This document shows, one piece after another, positions 26,701 to 33,570 of a stretch of 33,570 bases of DNA; position 1 is the first letter of the stretch; each line of letters starts with the position of its first letter. Below the pieces are notes generated by a model, which did not search any database, was not told the origin of the DNA, and saw only the letters and a program-made list of their open reading frames with translations. The DNA is taken from positions 1 to 33,570 of the forward strand of contig DAON01000004.1 in NCBI GenBank assembly GCA_002501885.1, written 5' to 3'. Made by a program: the position numbers and the translations under genes. Source of the stretch: Euryarchaeota archaeon UBA220. GTDB lineage: Archaea; Thermoplasmatota; Poseidoniia; Poseidoniales; Thalassarchaeaceae.

Positions 26701-29475
26701 TATGCATGCTCATGGAATAGGGACAATTCTGGAATCAACCCACTTAACGGCTCTGATTACCTAAACAACCCAGATGGTGACGGATACGATATCGATAGAG
26801 ACGGGAACCTAAGCTTGGAAGAGAGCTTGGTCAACTGGTTGGAGTATCACCTGAAGTCAAGTATTCTCTATGGCGACCAAACTGCAGCAGGTGAGGCTTA
26901 TCCTGAGAATTTCACAACTTTACTGTGGAATGATACTTGGATGGATTTTGCTGAAGACTCATTTGGAGATAGAACCAGTCTTGCTTATGGTAGTTTAGTC
27001 AATGGAACTACGCCTCAAGATGTAGGCTCGGCTAATCCTCTCTCGGCAGACTCCGACAGAGACGGAATGCCCGATGGCTGGGAATTCTATTTCGCTAGAT
27101 GGAGCTTATTCGATGGAGGATGGACTCTGAATCCTGTGGATGAAAGAGACAGGACGGGCGATCCAGATGGAGACGGAATGAATAACTGGGAAGAATACAA
27201 TGTTATTGACTCAAATCTCAGTGAAACAGACGAACTCATAACCGTTCCACAGTTCTACTTACTCAGCGTCGGCGGTGAGTTACTCGCATCTCCTTGGCTT
27301 TCTGCTCAGTCCTCAGCATCCTTCGGCTCCTTCCTGACTGAAGAACAATTCAACAAAACTGGAAGGACAGCAGATCCGAATAATCCTGACACTGATAATG
27401 ATGGATTACTCGATGGAATTGAATTGATTTTCACTAGGTGGAATGCTACCGATGAAGTTTGGACCCTCAATCCATTGGTCCCAGGAGATGGGAATTATGA
27501 CTCAGATAGAGACGGCATTACCGATTTAGTAGAGTTGAACCTGACATTCAACAACCCTGCCAATGGAGGATTGTCTCCCCCAGATGCTCCTAGGATGTGG
27601 CAGGAGGCCGAACAGATTGACCCGGATGAAGCAGTCAACAGGGTATTCAGGATTCTATTCAACAAAGAAGGAAGGGCCGAACTAGCAATCTCTCAATTTG
27701 AAGACTGGCAAGATGGCGGTGCGCCTAAACCAGTCGTTTCCGCTTTGCTGGGAGCATCAGACCCCAATGCTGAGGATACTGATCGAGACGGGATGAGTGA
27801 TGGATACGAGTACTGGTTCACAGAGTGGAACCTTGAAGAGAACAAATGGGAGATGAACCCACTCACTGACAGCGATATCCATGTCGATTCCGATGAGGAC
27901 TCATTCGACTGTAATGGTGATGGCTACATATCTGACTCAGAATCATTTGACAATCTAGCAGAATATGATGCTAGAGTCTATGGAAAAAGATCCGCAATAG
28001 ATACCATCCCTAACGGGACAGGATTGGTTTCCTATGGTGCCGATGCTGTGACAGCACAAATCCAAGAGAAATCCCTCTCGCCCGAAGCAGCATTCGCTCA
28101 ACTGTATGTTCAATTCTCAACAAAGAGCCTAGTTTCGGCGGAGCGCGCCGGCCTAATCAACGAGATTGACCCTGATACATTCAATTACAGTATTGCTGGA
28201 GTAAGTGACCCTACAGATAGTGATTCAGACAGGGACGGTATGCCCGATGGCTGGGAATTCTGCTACTCCATATATGGTGAATTCCTACCGATTAACGAAT
28301 ATCGATGGTCGATGAACCCAATTAACCCACTTGACACAGAATACGACCCTGATGCAGACGGTTGGTATGACAGGGTTTGGGAGGATATTCCCGCCGAACA
28401 GGGAGTTTGGGAAGGTAGAGAGTTTACACCTGCTCCGACGGATCAGCAAATCGGTCAAGGCTTCCAAGACCTTTACTTCAGCAATCTGATGGAATACGAG
28501 AACGGCACACATCCTCTCGATGCCGACTCTGATGACGACTCGATGGTGATGAAGCCAATTATGCAGAGCGGAGTAGTCATCGATTATGTCCAAGACACCA
28601 ATCTATCTGATGGCAGAGAGGTCTTCAAGTACGGGACCAATCCACTAGACAACGATACAGATGGAGACATGATGCCCGACTTCTATGAGTACTACAGAGG
28701 CTGGAATGAAGACAATGATAACTGGTCTTCATATCTCAAAATAGCAGTAGTCTGGCAGCAGATTACCGCTACAAACTGGAAACCTGTGAACATTAGCGGA
28801 AGTAGCATTGCGAGGCCCGAGCTAAGTTGGACTTGGTTCACACATGATGCAACTGATTCATCCGATTCAGGGCAGGATGCGGATAATGATGGGTCATGGG
28901 ATTGCTCCAGTGGGAGTTGCATATATGTCCCATACAACAACTTCCAGGAGTATTATGGTCTTGTCAATGCCTCTCTAGCTTCGCCTTCACTGGTGAGAAA
29001 TGCCGGTCTTTTCGATTGCTCAGGCAATATCGTACAGGAATGGTGGCAGTTACGAGAGTCACTCTTAGGAACATGCTCAGGTAGCGCTGCATTGAGTACG
29101 AATTATTTCAGGATGTACAGAGTAAACAATGCTGACATGCTCTACGCTCTAATCATTGACGACAACGATCTGGATTACGAAGATGTTGACTCAAGTAACG
29201 ATGTTGTACTGGTTAACGGAGCTTGGGCAGATGAATATCAGAGATTTGCTGGCGATCAATATCACCTTCCCAACACCGGACTAGGCGAGTATGTGTACGG
29301 GTGGTGGAATATCGACATCGATGGTGACCAGATAGCAGATGGAACCGATCCAACAAACTGGGATACGGATGGAGATTGGCTGAATGACTTCTTTGAGATT
29401 GAAGACGATATGCTAGATGGCGTCAGAGGAAATAGTGGCTCGCCCATCAGATACGATGACAGAACCACTAGTTGA
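23764..29475 (+). CDS. Very large secreted Ca-binding protein with thrombospondin type-3-like DxDxDGxPDGWE repeats and an inserted beta-propeller-like domain
   Basis: 1903 aa. SD AGGTGA at 23754-23759. N-terminal signal or anchor MRRKQTALLITLLILG. More than 20 DxDxDG-type motifs. No C-terminal TM. Confidence 0.9.
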   Translation: MRRKQTALLITLLILGSMAFVSQTRPQASVSSTDPITADRGGPPVTDEDGDKIPDLHESIFGDVRLIESSTGIISISGLDPMNSTDNMSDHDRDGASALLEFCWPYTLDTCFDRLSLTGKPPQFTDSGLREYLDPRVADTDGDGLPDGYEIHMCTEGGLGYQNATNAWQCLWFDPLDPSDSIEDIDACEDFTFGCGDGFDVNRDGLIDFGERYTNSEEYLYGTPDDWITERDGLWCAGEIPGLSRDSCQSEVERATGDDGWLGSDPTEPDSDYYTWSEVLAVGLAVPGDGIPDGWEVHYGLDPRNSSDAIEDTDMDGWDLDRDGFIIPDISTATVHWGEAFSNYEEYMIHHDDGAWVTPGLRGTQITSQQESPISFDQSTSPGLVDGAVHTVVSDQSRDRLLVGSKYGITALDPFGGTASLHPLPSGIEMNTMFRWTSGDLDYLIIGSNIGLHHVILENGLPDMGTLTESNLGPIEHISELDTGSGDLDLMVFGNSSAWTMTLSSIDNGVELSTAILNEAMSEILSDAGAQTRDAVHVPMFGRGPLLLVGTDAGLIAWNTTDGSTSIGNPWWVFDRENAEEFVQRADLLNISKSAIVNALVKAGPLDATGEVEEVTGVWVGTAGGLHLLDLQLLIQMPRTAFDTERMYNIERWQNGANDIHSILPMDGMIYLGSRDGTWCLEGGHAGILGLGLNQTRIPGLVTSLTTLKQGSNIWVFTGISPGRYMNIMPIDPTSVDSDLDGMPDGWEFIYGLDPTDPYDRDRDADADGVYYTSADGFTLSRDWTNLNEYRFISSTEGGFNGSDPRNMDTDGDGLTDGEEYWGWFADSTNFDCHYLNDEYLCDEETGQLAKQVHLEGWLGSGAGGGTDGPTDPTNADTDGDGMPDGWEMEHRRWIGDVYNGGNLWTLDPRDPSDKDEDADGDGLSNLCEYMWSNLLETVLREGLPTHGETAEAAANWSATDPNNIDSDGDSLPDGWEARYACSWNRDNSGINPLNGSDYLNNPDGDGYDIDRDGNLSLEESLVNWLEYHLKSSILYGDQTAAGEAYPENFTTLLWNDTWMDFAEDSFGDRTSLAYGSLVNGTTPQDVGSANPLSADSDRDGMPDGWEFYFARWSLFDGGWTLNPVDERDRTGDPDGDGMNNWEEYNVIDSNLSETDELITVPQFYLLSVGGELLASPWLSAQSSASFGSFLTEEQFNKTGRTADPNNPDTDNDGLLDGIELIFTRWNATDEVWTLNPLVPGDGNYDSDRDGITDLVELNLTFNNPANGGLSPPDAPRMWQEAEQIDPDEAVNRVFRILFNKEGRAELAISQFEDWQDGGAPKPVVSALLGASDPNAEDTDRDGMSDGYEYWFTEWNLEENKWEMNPLTDSDIHVDSDEDSFDCNGDGYISDSESFDNLAEYDARVYGKRSAIDTIPNGTGLVSYGADAVTAQIQEKSLSPEAAFAQLYVQFSTKSLVSAERAGLINEIDPDTFNYSIAGVSDPTDSDSDRDGMPDGWEFCYSIYGEFLPINEYRWSMNPINPLDTEYDPDADGWYDRVWEDIPAEQGVWEGREFTPAPTDQQIGQGFQDLYFSNLMEYENGTHPLDADSDDDSMVMKPIMQSGVVIDYVQDTNLSDGREVFKYGTNPLDNDTDGDMMPDFYEYYRGWNEDNDNWSSYLKIAVVWQQITATNWKPVNISGSSIARPELSWTWFTHDATDSSDSGQDADNDGSWDCSSGSCIYVPYNNFQEYYGLVNASLASPSLVRNAGLFDCSGNIVQEWWQLRESLLGTCSGSAALSTNYFRMYRVNNADMLYALIIDDNDLDYEDVDSSNDVVLVNGAWADEYQRFAGDQYHLPNTGLGEYVYGWWNIDIDGDQIADGTDPTNWDTDGDWLNDFFEIEDDMLDGVRGNSGSPIRYDDRTTS

Positions 29476-29505
29476 GTTCTTGTGCTCTGACTTCTGCGCA
29501 CAATC

Positions 29506-29973
29506 ATGGAAGGAGATAGAGTCCCTTCTCCCGACCAACCAGTTGAAGACAGACTACTATTCTTACAAGAGAACATGGTGAGTTTTGTCAAACAATTTAA
29601 CATGCCAGTAATTGAGGTATCACTAGTACTCTCTAAGTATATCCGTATAATTCTCGACTCTCTCACACAGGCGGCTCAAAGAGAGGGCGAGACTTTGCCT
29701 GAGAATCTAGTTGAACCTTGGCCGATAGATTCCAATCCCGACGCACCAACAATCGAATCATTCCCTCTGGAAAGACTTCTGGGGAGTCTAGATGAAGATA
29801 GGATGGATATCTTTGATACACTAATCCGCAGTATACTAAATGAGAGTCAATTGCCCTTTGTACCCTCTTTGACTCTATTACGAGAATGGGAGCGACTAGC
29901 CAGGACTCAACTTTCTCTAGCTGGCTCTCCGGGTCATCTATTCAGTCCGATGGAGTTCCCAGATGGATTCTAA
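29506..29973 (+). CDS. Hypothetical helical cytoplasmic protein with an internal duplication
   Basis: 155-aa ORF filling the gap after the TSP3 gene. Two ~43-aa units each begin with EDR. Confidence 0.75.
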   Translation: MEGDRVPSPDQPVEDRLLFLQENMVSFVKQFNMPVIEVSLVLSKYIRIILDSLTQAAQREGETLPENLVEPWPIDSNPDAPTIESFPLERLLGSLDEDRMDIFDTLIRSILNESQLPFVPSLTLLREWERLARTQLSLAGSPGHLFSPMEFPDGF

Positions 29974-30305
29974 CCGTCGTTCTCAGCTTTAGCTACAATG
30001 CGACTCGAGATCCACCACGCGTCAGCAATAGACCAGACCCAGAGTACAGGCCACATGACGACAGACAGTATTAGTGGAAGTTGGATAACAAAGTACCCGA
30101 AAGCCTTCCTATGTTGACGATTGAAGTGCTGACCTAGAAACAGGAACGGCACAAATGAGAGTACTAAAGCGAATAGTGGCCGCAACGCCCCCCAAGGGCC
30201 TATCCCTCCACTTAGCTCGTACCAAATCACCCCCAATGCACCTATGGCGCTGCCTGAATCAGGCTCTTCCTGAGCCGCGATACTGACGACATACTCCTCT
30301 GCCAT
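29970..30305 (-). CDS. Small hypothetical membrane protein
   Basis: 111 aa with 2-3 hydrophobic segments (LFALVLSFVPFLFLG, YFVIQLPLILSVVMWPVLWVWSIADAW). Fills the gap between neighbouring genes. Confidence 0.75.
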   Translation of the reverse strand: MAEEYVVSIAAQEEPDSGSAIGALGVIWYELSGGIGPWGALRPLFALVLSFVPFLFLGQHFNRQHRKAFGYFVIQLPLILSVVMWPVLWVWSIADAWWISSRIVAKAENDG

Positions 30306-30391
30306 CGCCTATTCCCTTGGCGGGGAACGAATCAACCTGACGCCACGATGAGTATAGAAAAGCCGAACAATAACTCCTTACTCGCAATGCC

Positions 30392-31378
30392 GTGCCAGAT
30401 GACAAGTTACTGATTACAGCATTCCCTGTATTCTCCAGTCATTCTACCAATGTTTCAGAGGATGTGATGAAAATCATCCTTGGCATGAGTCCTAAGAGTC
30501 TGAATGTAGAGGCCGAATTACTGGCTGTTGACAAGCAAGGATCTTGCCTGATATCACAGAAAATTCGAGATGGAGTCAAGTATAGGGGAATCATCCACCT
30601 TGGACTAGCTTCGAATAGAGATAGAATCAACTTGGAGAGAGTGGCTAAGAACCTAATCTCAATGTCAGAGCCGGATAACTCCGGCCGCCGTATAGAGTCT
30701 GAAAAAATCGAAACTGATGGCCCTCCGAACCTAGAGACTACAGCACCCATTCACATTCTGGATGAGGAATTTGAACACGATGATTTCGTTGAATGGAGTA
30801 CGGATGCTGGAGGATTTGTTTGTAATGAGACATATTACAGAACCCTATATGCTCTCAATCAGACAGATAATTCAGACACGCCGACAATATTTGTCCATCT
30901 TCCTCCCGCTGAATTTATCCCGGCTGAAAAACAAGCCGAGATAGTAACAAAGATTGCAGAATCCATGGTATTGAGGCCAACCTATGATGTCGTAGCTGCA
31001 CTATTATTTGATGACAAAGGGCGTATACTGGCCTGTAAGCGACCAACTCAAGATGCCTGGGCTGGCTGGTGGGAATTTCCAGGCGGAAAGGTCGACGAGG
31101 GTGAATCATACTCACAGGCTCTGAGTAGGGAAATTGAGGAAGAGATGGGGGTATCTATCGAACCAGGTGATTTGGTAGAATCAATCTCATTCGATTACGA
31201 AGACCGCACTGTTAGGTTGCAAATCTGGAATTGTGGTATCATAAATCCCGACTCAATCACCTTAAGGGAGCACGACGATTCTAGATGGTTGTCAAGGCAA
31301 GAGTTACTTGATGTTAAGTGGCTACCTGCAGATTTACCAATCATCATTAGGTGGATGGAAGAAGGTATCCCAAGCTAA
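30392..31378 (+). CDS. Fusion of pyroglutamyl peptidase I (C15) and a MutT-like Nudix hydrolase
   Basis: C15 motifs IIHLGLA, INLERVAKN (Glu82), DAGGFVCNETYY (Cys144) and FVHLP (His169). Complete Nudix box GKVDEGESYSQALSREIEEEMGV (31085-31153), plus WEFPG and WLPADLP. Confidence 0.9.
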   Translation: MPDDKLLITAFPVFSSHSTNVSEDVMKIILGMSPKSLNVEAELLAVDKQGSCLISQKIRDGVKYRGIIHLGLASNRDRINLERVAKNLISMSEPDNSGRRIESEKIETDGPPNLETTAPIHILDEEFEHDDFVEWSTDAGGFVCNETYYRTLYALNQTDNSDTPTIFVHLPPAEFIPAEKQAEIVTKIAESMVLRPTYDVVAALLFDDKGRILACKRPTQDAWAGWWEFPGGKVDEGESYSQALSREIEEEMGVSIEPGDLVESISFDYEDRTVRLQIWNCGIINPDSITLREHDDSRWLSRQELLDVKWLPADLPIIIRWMEEGIPS

Positions 31379-31884
31379 TCATCATTCATTGTAGGATTGC
31401 CTCTCTTATCGAACCATTCTGTAGGATCTCCTTGCTCTGACATACTCAGGCCATCGCCAACAAATCTTGGCACTGAATCTCTACCAGGGTGCCAAGTAAC
31501 TTTCTCCAGCCATTCTGCAAGTCCTTCCATCACAATTCCAACCTCAATATCCCCTCCTAGAGGTCGCTCTTCAAGCACAAATGACAATTTCCCAGCCATC
31601 GCCGCTTGCCTAGAGATTGAGAAGTTAGTCGAATCTCCCCGCATATTCATCGACATGGCATCTAAGGCAGTATCCAGAATTCTTTGGTCTCGCGCAGAAT
31701 CAAGTAGATTGTCGAGCGTTTCACATTCTCCTTCTAGAACAATTTTCTGCCGAGACTGAGGGAAAGTGCTTGATTCAGGCAAAGAGTCAGGAACCCACTC
31801 GGGAAACATGTTCCGAACGGACTCGATGACTCTAATCGCATCCTCGTGTGGCTGAATGATAGTCGATAATCGGATCTCTGCCAT
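31375..31884 (-). CDS. UPF0201/DUF54 putative RNA-binding protein
   Basis: The pattern I.PHED..RV..SV.N.FP, RDQRILDTA and ISRQAAMAGKLSF matches my recollection of this archaeal family. Confidence 0.75.
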   Translation of the reverse strand: MAEIRLSTIIQPHEDAIRVIESVRNMFPEWVPDSLPESSTFPQSRQKIVLEGECETLDNLLDSARDQRILDTALDAMSMNMRGDSTNFSISRQAAMAGKLSFVLEERPLGGDIEVGIVMEGLAEWLEKVTWHPGRDSVPRFVGDGLSMSEQGDPTEWFDKRGNPTMNDD

Positions 31885-31975
31885 GGCGATGCCAGTCGTT
31901 GAAGGCTCATGAGCGCTGCGGAAGCAACTCCCAAGAGCGCGAATGATTCAAAGATGCGACTTGAGACAAAGAGCC

Positions 31976-32698
31976 GTGCCTGAACGCTCCCCGGTGCTAG
32001 CCATCGCTCTGCTAGTCGCACCCACTCTTTGCTTAGTGGCAATTAGATTCGCATTGACAGCACTCGAAGAAGTTCTTTCTGAGGACCCCATTTTGCTATA
32101 TTCCCTCCACGGAGTGGCTCTGGTAATTGGTCTGATTATGTTTGTTAGGTATCGTAAAGTCGAGGATCACGAGTATCACCGCTCACAGGCAATTAGGAAA
32201 CTGTCGAAGACATATTCGAGAGAAGATCGAGGACTTTGGGAGAAAGGAGATTCAGCTATAGAGAAATTGGAAACAAAGGCAAAATCTCCTAAGAAAGGAA
32301 AGGCTGCTATACGTTCTATGCAACTCCAGAAAGGAAGTATTGGATCTTTGAACCAAGAAAGGCATGAAGAGGAAATCTCTGACGACGAAGAAGAGACAAA
32401 ATCTCGCAATCAAGGAATCAGTACAATCGTAGATGAGCAAGCTGTTTCAAAATCAAAGGGTCCCGGGCTAATTTCCAGATTCTCCACTTGGGTCAGCCAC
32501 AGACTCGATAACTCTGCCAAGCGCAGGATGGAGAAGAAGTCGGCCAAGCCGAAAACTAAGACTCCTAATTCCTCGGACATGTGGGCCAGTCCAACAGATT
32601 CGAGTCTTACACGGTCTGTTCTATCTTGTCCCTCCTGTGGAGCTTTGAACAATGCAGGAACATCATACTGCACATCATGTGGAGACCTATTAGCATAG
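31976..32698 (+). CDS. Membrane protein with two TM helices, a charged linker and a C-terminal zinc ribbon
   Basis: Two N-terminal hydrophobic segments and a C-terminal CPSCGALNNAGTSYCTSCG. Start is GTG 31976 or ATG 31943. Confidence 0.8.
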   Translation: MPERSPVLAIALLVAPTLCLVAIRFALTALEEVLSEDPILLYSLHGVALVIGLIMFVRYRKVEDHEYHRSQAIRKLSKTYSREDRGLWEKGDSAIEKLETKAKSPKKGKAAIRSMQLQKGSIGSLNQERHEEEISDDEEETKSRNQGISTIVDEQAVSKSKGPGLISRFSTWVSHRLDNSAKRRMEKKSAKPKTKTPNSSDMWASPTDSSLTRSVLSCPSCGALNNAGTSYCTSCGDLLA

Positions 32699-32740
32699 GT
32701 GGGGTTGAAAACAGTCGATTAGGAGCCCTCATCGGTAAGC

Positions 32741-33570
32741 ATGTCTGCAAAGAGAGATTACTACGAGGTCCTCGAGATTTCTAAGGGCGCTACCGATTCG
32801 GAAATCAAGCGTGCATTCAGGTCCTTAGCCCGCAGATATCATCCCGACAAGAATCCTGATGATTCTGAAGCTGAGACTAAGTTCAAAGAAGTCCAAGAGG
32901 CATATGCAGTACTTTCCAATCCCGACGAGCGCAAGAAGTATGACATGTTTGGCCATGAACAACCGGGCGGATCTCCCTTCGGACCGGGAGGATTCCAAGG
33001 AGTCAATATCAGTATCGATGACTTATTTGGCGGAGGGATAGAAAGCATATTCAGCCAGATTTTCAGCGGCGGTGGTCCTCGAAGAAGAAGCCGAGGGACT
33101 GATCTGCTAGTAAATCATGAGGTTCCTTTCCAAACCGTATTCGATGGAGCCGAACAATCGATGGAAATCGATGTACTGAAGCTATGTGATGAGTGTGATG
33201 GCAGAGGCTCACCAATACCTGAAGGAGTGAGGGAATGCCCTACTTGTGATGGTAGAGGAAGAATTCAGAGAATAGAAAAGGCAGGATTCTTCACTAAACA
33301 GGTGGTTACGGATTGTTCCACATGCAGGGGAGAAGGTCGCATAGTCAGCGACCCTTGTGGGGCCTGTGGAGGAGAAGGAAGATCAACGAAGCCCAAGCAA
33401 GTCACATTTACAGTCCCTGCTGGCATATCTTCCGGAACGCGACTTAGGATGCGAGGCCACGGAGAGGCTCCGAGAGGAGGAAGGGGAGAGAACGGAGATT
33501 TGTACATCCAAATCGAGGTTAATGAGCATCCTTGGTTCGAGAGAGATGGTTCGGACCTTCTGATGGCACT
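32741..33570 (+). CDS. dnaJ: Molecular chaperone DnaJ, class A (runs off the 3' end; absent from the ORF track)
   Basis: Manual translation gives MSAKRDYYEVLEISKGATDSEIKRAFRSLARRYHPDKNP..., a G/F-rich region, four CxxCxGxG motifs (CDECDGRG, CPTCDGRG, CSTCRGEG, CGACGGEG) and GDLY...HPWFERDGSDL. Confidence 0.97.
   Translation, partial: MSAKRDYYEVLEISKGATDSEIKRAFRSLARRYHPDKNPDDSEAETKFKEVQEAYAVLSNPDERKKYDMFGHEQPGGSPFGPGGFQGVNISIDDLFGGGIESIFSQIFSGGGPRRRSRGTDLLVNHEVPFQTVFDGAEQSMEIDVLKLCDECDGRGSPIPEGVRECPTCDGRGRIQRIEKAGFFTKQVVTDCSTCRGEGRIVSDPCGACGGEGRSTKPKQVTFTVPAGISSGTRLRMRGHGEAPRGGRGENGDLYIQIEVNEHPWFERDGSDLLMA

Noticed and set aside
25970-28260. Recurrent GA(C/T)GG.ATGCC.GATGG.TGGGA nucleotide repeats as a CRISPR array
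   Set aside because: They are in-frame, irregularly spaced codons for DGMPDGWE protein repeats with synonymous variation.
31905-31914. 10-bp palindrome GCTCATGAGC in a divergent intergenic region
   Set aside because: Palindromes of this length are expected by chance in 33 kb, and I saw no second copy.
422-33563. Many 60-170 aa ORFs nested in or antisense to the long genes (e.g. 12142-12642, 25089-25589, 29262-29666, 33265-33507)
   Set aside because: They overlap strongly supported CDS and have the Ser/Pro/Ile-rich composition expected from the antisense of acidic genes.

Overview
This is a compact archaeal chromosomal segment. Gene content and style (CarS, a giant AglB, very acidic secreted proteins, DnaJ, GGTGA Shine-Dalgarno sites) suggest Marine Group II / Ca. 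Poseidoniales (Thermoplasmatota); this assignment is inferred, not searched. There are 16 credible CDS. Recognisable genes are carS, purD, a ~3,160-aa aglB/STT3 oligosaccharyltransferase, an S8 protease, a wHTH-STAND ATPase-TPR protein, a YycJ-like MBL hydrolase, a pyroglutamyl peptidase I-Nudix fusion, a UPF0201 protein and a 3'-truncated dnaJ missed by the ORF track. Several large cell-surface proteins are also present. I saw no RNA genes, CRISPR arrays or mobile elements. The most notable observations are (i) the AglB with an extra N-terminal membrane domain, ~12 tandem beta-sandwich repeats and a second C-terminal anchor, and (ii) three perfect 7-8 bp inverted repeats with unrelated stems but the same C-GTA-G loop, each upstream of one of the three largest surface-protein genes.
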